Source: Chrysomallon squamiferum (lineage: Eukaryota > Animalia > Mollusca). Taken from it: a stretch of DNA of 64,000 bases. Under the pieces are notes generated by a model. That model worked only from the letters and a program-made list of their open reading frames with translations, did not search any database and was not told the DNA's origin. Made by a program: the position numbers and the translations under genes. The stretch lies in NCBI GenBank assembly GCA_012295275.1, contig CM022674.1, positions 496,001-560,000 on the forward strand. The letters run 5' to 3'. The stretch's first letter is position 1. Every line of letters starts with the position of its first letter. Shown piece by piece: positions 12,561 through 25,924 of the stretch.

Positions 12561-13252
12561 TTTAAAGTATAAAAATATATAATAAATAATGATACTTAGA
12601 CATGTGTTTGGGTGTGTGTGTCCGTGTGTGTCCGTGTGTGTGTGTGTGTGTGATTGTAAATGATTAAACAAGTGTGACGACATTTGAATGAGTAATTTTG
12701 TGTGTTGTTGCCTTTCATGTTAATGGATTATTCATGTGAAAATAAATATTATAGTAAACAAATAAATTAATTATTTCCATTATGATTGAAATTTTAAACA
12801 TGAAAAAAAGCAGATGAAATAAATCAACAAACTGCAACCAAAGCAAAATGTCTAAGATAAAGCATTGATTCAAGAAGAAAAAAGAGATATAAATGAGAAG
12901 TTATTCATAACTATATGCTGAGAGGGAAAGAAAAGGTGGAGAAATAGAAAGAAAGAGGAAAAGAAAAGGAAACGAATAAATGAAGTAGAGAACAGGAGAG
13001 AAAGATAAGATAAAATGAATGTGTTTGCATGTGTGTGTGTGTGTATGTTTGTTGTGTGCAAAAAAGTAGTTTTTGAAAAAAAAGTATAAAAAAAAAAATA
13101 ACAAAAAATGGAGAAAAAATGCAAAAATGGAGAAAAACAGAGGGAGAAATGAAATGAAGAACATGATAGACTAATCAAACTGATGGTAACTGAGTAAAGA
13201 TTTAGCGCAACAGTTCACTTTGTTAACACTGGTTAGTACAGGGAATACATAC

Positions 13253-13355
13253 CAGAGGCTTGTGATCTTTGTTGTTCACATCAAAATGTTGAACAGCTGT
13301 TTTGAAGTTCCCTAATATCTCATTGTGTTTGGCCATATCTGTCGCTAATATACAT
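13253..13355 (-). CDS. PDE9A: PDE9 coding exon 10 (RCILATDMAKHNEILGNFKTAVQHFDVNNKDHKPL)
   Basis: ILATDMxxH motif; 103 nt, phase 2/0; donor |GTATGT. Confidence 0.95.
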
Positions 13356-13779
13356 CTGTACAGAAAACAAATAAATACTTAAACATTAAAAAGTATTTTC
13401 TTTCTTATGGAAAGAAGAAAATGATTGACTAAAATAAAAAAATTAAGTTTCCATAAAACAATATCTATAAAACTTACATACAATTTTGTATCATCATCTT
13501 CACAAATATAGATTTATTTTTCATTAAGAATAATATTTAATTATTATTTTATATGTTTTTGATATATTTCTAAACAACAAACATGACATTGCTTAAGATT
13601 GTAAATAAAAATAATTAAGCTCCTGATAAATATAGTAAATAAGATATTTTTTCAGTTTTTATATAACAAAAATGAATACATGTCCTAACAGAAAGGATTT
13701 GAGTAGAAATTTCTATATTACTGGTAATTATAATAATAAACATGATGATGATGATGATGATGATGATGAAATTATTTAC

Positions 13780-13940
13780 CTGATCATTCCTTCTCTGACT
13801 CTGCGAAACTGGTCTCGTTGTAAATTGCGGAAGATGTTACAATGTTGTTTCTCGAGAATTTCAAACGCGACAGAACAGTGATGATTTTCAAGAGGAGAGA
13901 TATCGTTATACCTAAGAGCTAATTCAGTCCGAGCATTGAT
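13780..13940 (-). CDS. PDE9A: PDE9 coding exon 9 ([53 protein letters not shown])
   Basis: YND.S.LENHH motif; 161 nt, phase 0/2; donor AG|GTAAAT. Confidence 0.97.
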
Positions 13941-14597
13941 CTGAAGAGTTCAAAAAAATGAAATAAACTTACAACTGCAATAACACTGAGTACATAAAAA
14001 TATAATATTAATAAATGTTAGAATATTTGTTTTCATATACCTCAAATCATTTTTTAACATTATTTGTTAATAGATGTAAAAAAAACTGACATTGCAAGAT
14101 CATATGAAACCACCTCCAACACTCCAATATAAATATATTATTCTTATCAAAAGTTAGCTGTCTGAAAATTAAATAAAATCCAGAAGATTTGATGCTGCAG
14201 TTTTGTGACTGACTTTGAAATGGGAATACCTGCTGAAAAGTTATGATTCTGCAACTTAACTTACCTCTAACCACAACAGTAGCCTACTTCTCACAAACAT
14301 TGTCTCTATTTTTGTTTATTTTTTAAACTTTTATTTAGCTAAAACAACCAAGATGAAAAGATGCACCAATATGGGTATTAAAAACCCCTTCCTACGATAA
14401 CAGCCTAAGACTTTAATACAGACACACACTGTTTATTTTGGATAATGTAAAAATATTTAAAAAAAGAAAAAAAATTCAAAATGACAAAGACATATCATAT
14501 CTTTTATAAAGCTAGAAATACTTAAAAGATAAATATATTTTTACAACCACCAAGAACCAGTGGTTCGGCTGATTTGAGCTAATGAAGGATTTCTCAC

Positions 14598-14720
14598 CTG
14601 ATATGCGTTGTTGTAGCCTGGATGGTCGAGGTCGTGGCAGATGGCAGAGGTGATGAGAGTGAGAATCTCTATGTCGTCTAAAATGGATGGAAGATCTATG
14701 AGCCAAGTGAGACCATACAT
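14598..14720 (-). CDS. PDE9A: PDE9 coding exon 8 (MYGLTWLIDLPSILDDIEILTLITSAICHDLDHPGYNNAYQ)
   Basis: Class I PDE signature HDxxHxGxxN; 123 nt, phase 0/0; donor CAG|GTGAG. Confidence 0.97.
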
Positions 14721-16319
14721 CTGTAAAGAAAACAAACTGTGCAAACCATCAGAATATCAATAAACATAGGAAGAGCTCAGCTGCTAGAAAGGGCTTAGAT
14801 CCATTTTTTACAACAAAACTGAGTTTGTTGCACTGACCAAAAGTGATTAATGATTGCTTCATGGTGACAAACCTAATTACTCATAATAACATTGTCATTC
14901 AAGAACCACTGAATTTTTTGTGATAATGCAAAATGTCTTACATCCTTTTCAGGTTATTGTTTTTATATGTTATTATAAATATATATTTCATTATATATAT
15001 ATAATGTGTTTGTTTTGTTTGTTGTGTTTTTTGGCATTTTGTTTAAGCCATTTTCAAAATAAACTCATCATATGTATATTATATATAAACCAAGGTGTCA
15101 AAGATTGGCTTCAGAGATTATGCATTCACACAGTAATATGTTTTTATGTGGTAATAATAAAGTCTTAACAGAAATTTATTCTTTCATGTACATTAACAGT
15201 ACCTAATAACATACAAATAACACAGCTTTGTATTTAAGTAAATCCCATTAGGTGAGCAGTGTATTTACCTGCATGCATGGGTGCTTAAGTTATATACACT
15301 TAAACAAAGAGAGAACATGAATAAAGCAATATGTATACAATGATTTCATCCACAAAAGTACAGTGCCTCAATCCAACCATTTAAAAACAAAATGGATGAC
15401 TCCTAAACATAACAGAGGGGGAGAGAGACATTCGTGGAAAGACAAGATACGGAAACTCAGAATCTAAACTGAGAATCTACAGCAAAAAAGGAACACATCA
15501 ACCAAAAAAAACAACGACAACAAAACAACAAAACCTTATGTTACATTCAGCAAATATTAAAGACTAATATGTGTGGGTTAAAAAAAAATAGTAAAATGAC
15601 AAATATTTAAAAAAAAATTTATAAATTCACTTCAAGAAATGAAATTGGAAAGGAAGTAATATATTGATTTCAATAATCAATCCAACTGATAAAAAAAAAA
15701 AATTAAAAAAATCATTTTCAGTATTAAATTTTCAACAGCCTGTCATTTCAAAATGATTCAGGAAAGAAGAAAAAATTCATTTGACATTTCAGATTAATAA
15801 CTTATATTGCAAAGAATAAAAACGTTAAATGGTTTTGAATATTACACAAGAAAAAATGTAAATGGAGCTAAAGGTATAGAAATTAAGATTGGAGCAATTA
15901 TGTTTATAATTTTCTGCAATTAAAAAAATTTCTTTCACACTTTCAAAAAATTGTTCCAAAGTCGATAAACAAGAAAAGCATAAACAGATGTAGACTCTCA
16001 CATACACTTTACCTCTCAGTTTTATTTATTTATTTAGTCAGTTATTTAGTTAGTCATTAAAGGTTATTATTATTATTATTCTTAAATACTTCATTATTGA
16101 AATGACAACAATAAATCACATTTTGTTACCAGATCTCAAATATTGACAACTGAATAAATGTAGATATAATCTTATTCAGTTTAGTACACATATTTGAATA
16201 ACAACAACAACTATTTGAAAAACATAAAAGAAATTCCAACAAGAACGATGAACAGATTTAAAAGACTGGCAGAAGTGAATAAAAAGCTAAAAACGTTTTT
16301 GTGAATTTCTAGCACTGAC

Positions 16320-16415
16320 CATTTGAGCGACCATAAAGCAATGTTTGAAGTTGTGGAAAGGCACTTGATTATAGTTGGTGAAAACTTCGTACAGCCATTC
16401 ATGTAAAACAGGAAG
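16320..16415 (-). CDS. PDE9A: PDE9 coding exon 7 (LPVLHEWLYEVFTNYNQVPFHNFKHCFMVAQM)
   Basis: PFHNxxH catalytic motif; acceptor TTCTAG|, donor |GTCAGT; 96 nt, phase 0/0. Confidence 0.95.
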
Positions 16416-17384
16416 CTAGAAAACAATAAAACAACTTTGTAAGAATTTATAATGTGACGTAAAGGAAAGAAAAATTATAAATAAATAAAGAAAATGAAAA
16501 TAATTTTTAAAGTGTGTGACGAAATACAGAGAAAACATTAAAAAGATATATATGAAAATTTTAAAAACATATGATGATAAAAAATAATTTATAAATGTAT
16601 AATGTGAAATAGAGAAAATAAAATTATGATGTAACAAAAACATTTTATTTTTTTTTATTTTTTCACCAATATATAATTTACATATTAGGTAAGTGGACTC
16701 TGCATGATTTCAAAAAATCTATTCACAGAACTTAATATTCAAAAATATTTTTAAAAGTTTTACAAAGTATTTAAATAATTCAACATTTTACAACAAAACA
16801 GCATTTCAGTGGAAATTTTGTAAGCACATCCTTTCTCTGCCACACTAAACTGTAATGTTTAAAAGTTTTTGTGGTATTTAACAATTTAAATAATTTTATC
16901 ATAAATCCAAGTAATGGATAAACAGTTGACTACAAAGAAATTGATGAAGAAGATTATGTGATATCTATGGTATTAAAGTTACTCTGTTTTTCATCTATCT
17001 AAATTCTTATTTATATTTATATATAGCCAATTATACAAATTTAGGATAAATATCTGGACAAATTATCCAGACTTCTTGGGGCCTGAGGCGTTCCAGATTT
17101 CTGGTGCCAAGGCATCTAAATACATAAATAATTAGACATAAACATTTTAAAATTAAAAACATAAAGAAAATTGATGATACACAACACATAAACAATGCAG
17201 CGAGTGAATGAATGCCACGAGGCTTGAAAGAGTAGTTCCGGTCTGGTGAGGACATCATCCACGTCTGGTACCTGTATATACTTACCCTAATTTGTGTAAT
17301 TGGCAATATATAAACATGAATAAGTATATGAATTAAATATCGTTTTTAAATTCTGGAACTATATTAAATGAATCTGAAACTCAC

Positions 17385-17526
17385 TTCAATATTAAATTTT
17401 GTGACAAAGCCTAAGTCTATGAACATTTGTCGTAAGAGTATCAACATTTCAGCTTCGTCCCACTGCCAGTTGTCAAACGTTGGTTTCCTCAGATACTCTC
17501 TCACTTCGTCTGTCACCTGAACCTGG
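17385..17526 (-). CDS. PDE9A: PDE9 coding exon 6 (SQVQVTDEVREYLRKPTFDNWQWDEAEMLILLRQMFIDLGFVTKFNIE); start of catalytic domain
   Basis: LRKPTFD.W.W...EML motif typical of PDE9; acceptor TTCTGCAG|, donor |GTGAGT; 142 nt, phase 2/0. Confidence 0.95.
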
Positions 17527-17843
17527 CTGCAGAAAAAACAAAACAAAACAAAGTGGTAGAGTATTACTAACAGGTGAATTCTGTGTTAAATGAAGGAGAT
17601 GTTTTTATGTAATTTAGGTAAGCTAGAATGACTGAAATATTTAATTTAAAATGTTAATATTGTATGGGCTGTTCTCTCTCTCTCTCTGTCTCTCTCTGTC
17701 TCTCTCTGTCTCTCTCTCTCTCTTAATATATATATATAATATTATATATATATATATATATGTAATAAAAATAATAACTAATAATTAAATTCCTAAATTC
17801 TTCTTGCAAAAGTAAAATTAAATTGTTCTGTTTCTCCACTTAC

Positions 17844-17986
17844 CTCATGCTCATAAACTTTTTAAAAACTCTTTTGCTGTGTTGTTCACTTTTTTTCAGG
17901 TATTTTTGTTTGTCCCAGAATGGTTTCAGGGACGTCCCACTGGAAATGTCTTTGAAAAGACCAAGCCAGCTCAGATGTTCCACACC
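17844..17986 (-). CDS. PDE9A: PDE9 coding exon 5 (GVEHLSWLGLFKDISSG...RVFKKFMSM)
   Basis: Acceptor GCAG|, donor AG|GTAAGT, 143 nt, phase 0/2. Confidence 0.9.
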
Positions 17987-18700
17987 CTGCGAACAACATC
18001 GAAAACAAAAACAGCGTGAAATTAAATTAAACACTAATTGAGAGCTGTAGCATGTTTAATAAATAATGACCCTTTGTATGAATAATCTTCTTTAATAATC
18101 AATACAAGAGTTTTTGCCCCTTAACTGCTAACCATTAAAAAAATTGACATTCTGTAACCTTTTTTTTTTTTTGTTTTGTTAAGTTGTCATTGCTTGTATA
18201 ATTTGTATTTTGTTTTTTTTTTTTTTTTTTTTTTTTTTCACTTTGGAATGTCAAGTATTTCAACTAATAATCACTTCAGTTACATTTATTTATTTATTTT
18301 ATTATTATTATTATTATTGTTATTAACTCTTTTTTTTTCTATTTCTTAATGATTGAAATGAATTGTTTTTTTGAAAAAAAAATTTGATTGTGTTTAATAA
18401 TAATAATTACATTATTAAATAAGTCAAAAAGAACAGTAATAACAATTTAGCTTAAAGACAAATTAAAAAATATTCTACAAATAAATGAACATTTAATAGT
18501 GTTTGCTCTTGTGACTTGTTAGAATATTTCCTTTAACAACAACAACAACAAAAATAATGAAATAACAGTAGTAATAACAAATACAATTAAAATTAGTGAG
18601 GAAAAATAACAACTGTACAATAATAAATAAATAAATTAATGTAACCTTCAGCAGCAGTAACAATGATGATCATTAAGATAAAAAACAACAATAATAATAC

Positions 18701-18803
18701 CTCCAGTTTTTGTTTCAATTCTTCTACTTTTGCTTTCATTTCATGAACTGTTTCAGGCATATCACCATTTTCAACAAAAACTTTTTTCTCCAGTGCAGAT
18801 AAC
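18701..18803 (-). CDS. PDE9A: PDE9 coding exon 4 (RLSALEKKVFVENGDMPETVHEMKAKVEELKQKLE; coiled-coil-like)
   Basis: Acceptor AAG|, donor GAG|GTATT, 103 nt, phase 2/0, open frame. Confidence 0.85.
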
Positions 18804-19310
18804 CTTTATCATAAAAAATTTAAATTTATCAGATAACCATCATCATTTAATATCAAACGAAGAAACGAAATCCACAGAAATTATTCTAATTGATTTTTTT
18901 TTTGTGTGTGAACTAGTGACAAGACTGCTTTGGTGTATAATCATAAAATCAAAACATAAAACAAAGCTAAAAATTGATTTTCAGTTAAATATCATCTGTT
19001 AATGATTTAAACTGATAATGTTATGACAGACATCATTTTATGTTGGCAAAAATGCTTAAAACATAATTAAAAAACAAGCAGTACATTTCTCTTCAAGCCT
19101 GAATAGGGATCTGTTTTAAATAAAAAATAAAATACAATAAAATAAAATTTAAATTACTGTTATTAAATAAACCAAAAATGTATGGGGGGAGGTGTGAGAG
19201 GGTAAATTTATACTGTTTTCTATGTAAGTATTATCTATTAAACTGACGTTGTTAATTTTAACAGTTTATTATCAGGTCAGAGGTCAAAGGTTAAGGACAA
19301 AGTAACTGAC

Positions 19311-19368
19311 CTTTCTTCAAAGGCACTCAGGTCAAAACCTAGTCTTGCAGCCATAGTGGAATGTTTTC
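19311..19368 (-). CDS. PDE9A: PDE9 coding exon 3 (GKHSTMAARLGFDLSAFEE)
   Basis: Acceptor TTTACAG|, donor AAG|GTCAGT, 58 nt, phase 1/2; needed to keep frame between exons 2 and 4. Not in the ORF track. Confidence 0.85.
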
Positions 19369-19619
19369 CTGTAAACAAATAAACAAATAAATAAATAAAT
19401 TAATGATGGATGGATATATAGAGACAGACACACAGACAAAAAGAAAGAAAAAAAGAGAAAAAAACAGAAATTAAGGATGGTTGATTAATTTAAGTGAGCA
19501 AATTAAAAAAGAAATAAAGAAATAAACTAATTAAATACATCAACAAATTATAAAAATAATAACAGAGCAGATATTTCAGCAGGTCTACCAAAGTGAAGTC
19601 ATTCGACAGAGGTTAGTTT

Positions 19620-20500
19620 TAACAACAGCAACACCAGTAATAACAGTTTCAACAACAGTGACAACAACAGTGACAACAACAGTGACAACAACAGTAACAA
19701 CAACAGTAACAACAACAGTGACAACAACAGTGACAACAGTAACAACACCAGTAACAACAACAGTGACAACAACAGTAACAACAACAGTAACAACAACAGT
19801 AACAACAGTGACAACAACAGTGACAACAACAGTAACAACAACAGTGACAACAACAGTGACAACAACAGTAACAACAACAGTAACAACAGTGACAACAACA
19901 GTAACAACAGTAACAACAACAGTGACAACAACAGTAACAACAACAGTAACAACAAGGTGACAACAACAGTAACAACAACAGTAACAACAACAGTAACAAC
20001 AGACAACAACAGTAACAACAACAGTAACAACAACAGTGACAACAACAGTAACAACAACAGTGACAACAACAGTGACAACAACAGTAACAACAACAGTAAC
20101 AACAACAGTGACAACAACAGTGACAACAACAGTAACAACAACAGTGACAACAACAGTAACAACAACAGTAACAACAACAGTAACAACAGTGACAACAACA
20201 GTGACAACAACAGTAACAACAAGTGACAACAGTAACAACAACAGTGACAACAACAGTAACAACAACAGTAACAACAACAGTAACAACAGTAACAACAACA
20301 GTAACAACAACAGTAACAACAGTAACAACAACAGTAACAACAACAGTGACAACAACAGTAACAACAACAGTAACAACAACAGTAACAACAACAGTGACAA
20401 CAACAGTGACAACAGTAACAACAACAGTAACAACAACAGTGACAACAACAGTAACAACAACAGTGACAACAACAGTAACAACAACAGTAACAACAACAGT
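19620..20500. repeat. Minisatellite of 12/9-bp units (ACAACAACAGTR / ACAACAGTR), ~880 bp
   Basis: Read directly; source of the poly-L/V/T/N/C ORFs in the track. Confidence 0.97.
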
Positions 20501-21356
20501 AATATGAGAAACAAAGAGTTTTAGCAACAACAGCAAAAGCAACAACAGAAACAACAGTTCAGATAACAACAGCAGCAACACCAGTAATAACAATAACAAC
20601 TTTAATAACAAGAGTAACTCCAACAGTGATAGCATCATCAATAACAACGGCAACAGTAACAGTAGTAACTGCAGAAGCAACAACAATTAAACAGATCAAG
20701 GAATGTTTTAGAAATAAATTCATTTCTGTCTAATTTTTTATTTTTTTTCAGTGTCATAATCCAGTGTGTATGTTTTCAAGGGCATATTTCACACAACACA
20801 GATTTCTTAACAAGAGTAATTTTTAAAAAGAAGAAAAGAAACACACATTTAACACCTTCTGTCTCTCTCACCCACCAACTCTCAACCTTATTACCTTTAT
20901 TTATCTTTCTTTCCCTCCCTCCATCTCTCTTTCTTCCTGTCTTACATTAAGATCATGTTCATCTACTACACAGAACAGATATTCATAACACTATCTAAAA
21001 GGTGTGAAAAAAATATATATATATTTCAAAAAATTCATGTAACAGGTGGATATTGATGCTGTTGCCTAGTAACCGGGAACATTTTTCATCATTTTTGTTT
21101 TTCTAGTACACTTAATATTGAGCAAAACACATCTTTTTTTTCTCAAGTTTTTCTTCTTTTTTTTTTTCTTTTTTTTTCAAAATCTTATAAGCTATACTTG
21201 TTCTATGAATAAACAGGGATTAGTTGAAAAAACATTTTAATGAATTCTGCAGTGCTGTATGAGTACGTCTGTTGTTTACTTTCTTTTCAAATCAGTGTGG
21301 GAATGGAGAAAATATTCTTAATTTTAATTTTATTATTTTTTATTTTTCATTATTTT

Positions 21357-21392
<36 letters not shown>

Positions 21393-22282
21393 TGCTTTGT
21401 GAAGTTATTTGTTTCTTACTTTGCCTCCCATACTCCAACCACTATGAATAATATGGGATTTTAAAAATTTTGTTTTCTCTTTGTGTTCTGTAAGAATGTT
21501 TTCCCACATCAGTGAATAGCATTTGAAATTGTGTTACCTATTTTTTCTTTTTTTTTTTTTTTTTTTTTCTTTTTTTTTTTTTTTCTTTAGTTTTTTTTTC
21601 ATTTTTTTTTTTTTTTTTTTTTGATTTTTTGTAGCAGAATGTGTCTGTGGGTTTCATGAACCAATTTCAGCCTCTTTGGAAAAGATGACAACAGAAATTT
21701 TTCTCTAATTTGTCACACCTATTCTTGGCTTTATATTTCAAAACACACTTTAAAATATAATTAAAACCAGCATGAACAACAGACATACATATTTTTTTTT
21801 TTTTTGAAAAGATATGAAAAGAATCTAAATTATAAAAAAAAAAAAAAAAAAAAAAATGATGAAGAAAATAGAAAATTAAAATAAATGATTAATGTTGTCT
21901 TATCAAAAAAAAAAAACCCCCCCAAAAAAAAAAAAAAATAAAAAACCCATCAAGAAACAAATAATTCAAATATGAAAACACAAATTCCTAAAAGTTGTAA
22001 AAAGGAGAAAAATGACAGCCCCAGGCAAAATTGTCTTCTTTTTTTTCCACTTGTAACCAAATGAAGCCAGTTTTAACAGAAGTTTTTCTGTGATATCAAG
22101 TTAATGCTCTCTTCATCTAAAAAGCCACAAAAGATGACCAATCCACATACAGAACTTTACTGATATCAGAGCAAACGTGCAAACTAATAATTAGTCAGTG
22201 TTTTCTGTTAAATGTCTGCTTGCAAACAGATTAACAGATACGTCAACATGTAAATAAGTCAACATGTAAATATACATGCTAT

Positions 22283-22284
<2 letters not shown>

Positions 22285-22346
<62 letters not shown>

Positions 22347-22352
22347 TAAATA

Positions 22353-22399
<47 letters not shown>

Positions 22400-22455
22400 G
22401 TGTTGTGTGTGTGTGTGTGTATGTTATCAGTGTGTGTGTGTGTGTGTGTGTGTGT
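22285..22455. repeat. Interrupted (TG)n microsatellite
   Basis: Read directly. Confidence 0.95.
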
Positions 22456-23264
22456 TTCATTTTACAAAGATCACATTTCTATAAAAGCTTTTCATTTTTC
22501 TTTTCTTTGTCAGTTCTACAACTTAACAGATATTTCTTCTATGTTTTTATGTCACTTTTCCTTTCTTTCTTTTTTTCATTTTTCTTTTAACAGATTTTGA
22601 GAAAGGATACCTTCTACATTTTTCTAAATAGTTTTAAATAATTTAGAAATGTATTTTTCTAGAAATATATATAGATATTTATTTTACTTCACATTTCTAA
22701 ATTTCTTCTTTCTTTTCAGAACAGATAGATCCCTTTTCTATAACTTAATAACTCTAATTTTTCTTTTTCTTTTTCATAACTTTATATCGTTCCTATTTTC
22801 CTTTTTATTTTGTTTCTCCTTTTTATTTTTTCTCTCTGATTTTCTTCTTTAACCCTTACACAAGACACCTGATTAAAAAATCTATATCTACAAGGCTGGT
22901 AGGTTATGTGATGAACAAAAGCTGTCATAGACTTTCAATGGAGTATTCATCAATACTGCTCTGTAGCAACAGGACCAAACAATTATAATATCACATGTGC
23001 TATTACTCTCATCATTGTTATTACATTCTTCTTCTTCTTATTCTTATTATTACAGATGTGTATATATATATATATATGTATGTTTGTGTATGTAATTCTG
23101 TTTGTATGGATGTGTACACATTATATATATATATATATATATATAAAATTTAAAATTCAAAAATAATCATACACCAAATATATATCATTTATATGTGTGT
23201 CTGTGTGTATGTATGGTTTTCAGATTTTTAAAGTTTCCTTTCCATGTTAATGAAAAGCACTTAC

Positions 23265-23580
23265 GCTTTGGTCTTATTTTTTATTTTTTTTTTTTTTTTT
23301 TTTTTTAAAAAAAATGAAAAAAAATGAAGAAAAAAAACGTAAAGAATAATTTTAATGGCAGTGAAGATGTCAGCTGATTGGAAAAAATGTGATTACTGAA
23401 ACATCATCTGCCCCGAAGGCTTTTCAAAATGTGTCTGGCATCTTCGAAAACGCGTTTAAGTAAGGGACGACGTGATTGGTTAATTTTCTCCACTTCATCG
23501 CGCCCGAGGTGCTTTAATTGTGTTTACTATGTAAATCTGCAGCCTGTCCGTCACCATGGCAACTAATCCGCTGTATCAAT
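23265..23580 (-). promoter_or_regulatory. Candidate internal promoter / alternative first exon in intron 2
   Basis: CpG-containing block with two ATTGG (CCAAT) boxes, X-box GTCACCATGGCAAC (23550-23563) and a minus-strand donor |GTAAGTG at 23264. Confidence 0.4.
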
Positions 23581-23929
23581 CTTTTTGCATTTTCTTTTCA
23601 TTGTGTTCACAGTTTCAATGTGATTTTTACAAGCCTTTCATCCTCTAATGCACAAACATGTTTCTGTTTTTCATTGCTGCAGTTTATTTCAACCCCCCCA
23701 TTGTTGTACACATCTTGTTATTGATTTTACAACCTCCAGTTATGTGTCTTGTTATAATTTTGTTTAAGTGAAGAAAAGATAAAAAAAATTAAACGTTATT
23801 AAAAATATCGTTTTTTTTCTTTCTTATGTTCATGTATGTGTTTGTATGCATGTACACATGCATATGTATGTATGTGTGCTGTGTTTGTATTTGTACATAA
23901 TATATATTGTATTTGTACCATATATTTAC

Positions 23930-24047
23930 ACACACACAGAGACACACATACACACACAGATATACATTCAAACATACATAAAACATACCATTTATATGTA
24001 CATAACTCACACATATAAACATGCATACATGCCTACACACACACACA

Positions 24048-24091
<44 letters not shown>

Positions 24092-24148
24092 TATTTATAC
24101 TTAGATGTGTACACATGTGTATATGTGTATATATGATATACGTGAGTG

Positions 24149-24234
<86 letters not shown>

Positions 24235-24546
24235 ACTGTATGCATGTATATGTACTTACATACACTCAGATGCATTTAATTTACACTCCCTAGTTTAATA
24301 TATACACATTTGTTATTTTTTTTAAATTATTTTATCATTTCTTCCACAAACACTTAGAAAGCAATCAAATAAATGAGATAGTCTGAGGCAAACTACAAGA
24401 AAGACATTATAAGAAATATCAGTAAGAAACTTAACACCAGGCTTCAAAAATAACTCATTAGCTTTCTTTGTGTCTCTTGCATCATTCGAGAAAAGTGTGT
24501 GTGTGTGTGTGTGTGTATGTCTGTGTGTCTGTATGTGTGTCTGTGT

Positions 24547-24600
<54 letters not shown>

Positions 24601-25609
24601 GTGTGTTTATATGTGTGTGTTATGTATGTATGTGGTATGTGTGTGTTTAAATGTATGTGTATATCTGTGTATATGTATGTGTGTGTATGTGTGTGTATGT
24701 GTGTAAATGGTATGTTTATGTATGTTTGAATGTATGTGTATATCTGTGTGTGTGTGTGTATGTGTGTGTGTGTGTGTGTGACTGTATGTGTGTTTGTGTG
24801 TGTATCTGTGTTTGTGTGTGTGATAAAAAATACTTCCAGCTAACTGATGTAATATATGTGGTTCATATGCAATGACGATAATAATCAAAGAAAGAAAGAA
24901 AGAGAAAAATGAGAATAACAGAAAGAAAGAGATCTAAAAATACTTTGTCAGGGATGGACAGATAGGGAGAAAAAGATACAGAGAGAAATGCAGAAAAAGA
25001 AATGAATACTGACAGGGTAAAAAAAGAAGAGCAAACCAAAAGAATCTCCAGATGCCAATAAATAAGCTACTTAAAACAGTTAGCAAGAAGTAATCTTTTC
25101 ACATGCCTTCCCATTAACAGAAAAACACAATTTTAAAAGGTACTGATAATCAAATAAACAAACAAACAAAAAATGAAAAAAAAAAAAAAAATAAATAAAT
25201 AAATAAATTTAAAAAATAATAAATAAATTTAAAAAAATTTAAAATAAAATAAATATCTACAAATTTGCCATAGAACACAGAGATATGCAGATTACGGATA
25301 TAAAATAAAATATAAAATAAATATCTACGTATTTGACCATAAAACCATCAGATATCTGGATCATGGTTACATTTAAGTTTTAAAATGTCAAATCTGTTTT
25401 CACATGATTGTGACTGAGTTTGTAGTTTCAAACACCAGACAGTGTTGTAAAGTTCTATCACCTGCTGTTCACTTTATTTGTATTTTATGTCTTACTTTAT
25501 TTGCCAGCTTGAACCCATTTGTAAATGGAAACTGCAGACATTGCAAAATGTTAAAATCAATTTCGTTTTAATCTGTTACCTGCCAACTTCAGTTATTTTG
25601 ATAGAATAT

Positions 25610-25656
<47 letters not shown>

Positions 25657-25924
25657 GAGAGAACAAGAGAGAGAAATGAAATTATTTATGCATTCAACCA
25701 TTTATATATCACACATAAAAACATATACTCCGATATACATGTAGGCATAAACACACACACACACACACACACACATACACACATACACACACAGATATAC
25801 ACATACATTCAAACATACATAAAACATACCATTTATACATACATAACTCACACATATAAACATGTAAAAATACCTACAGGTATACTTGCTCACATATGCA
25901 TGCACATATATTGATATAGATACA

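Noticed and set aside
19585-20686. Long ORFs (up to 345 aa) of poly-L/V/T/N/C, mucin-like on the plus strand
   Set aside because: Translations of a 12/9-bp minisatellite open in many frames; intronic, with no supporting splice structure.
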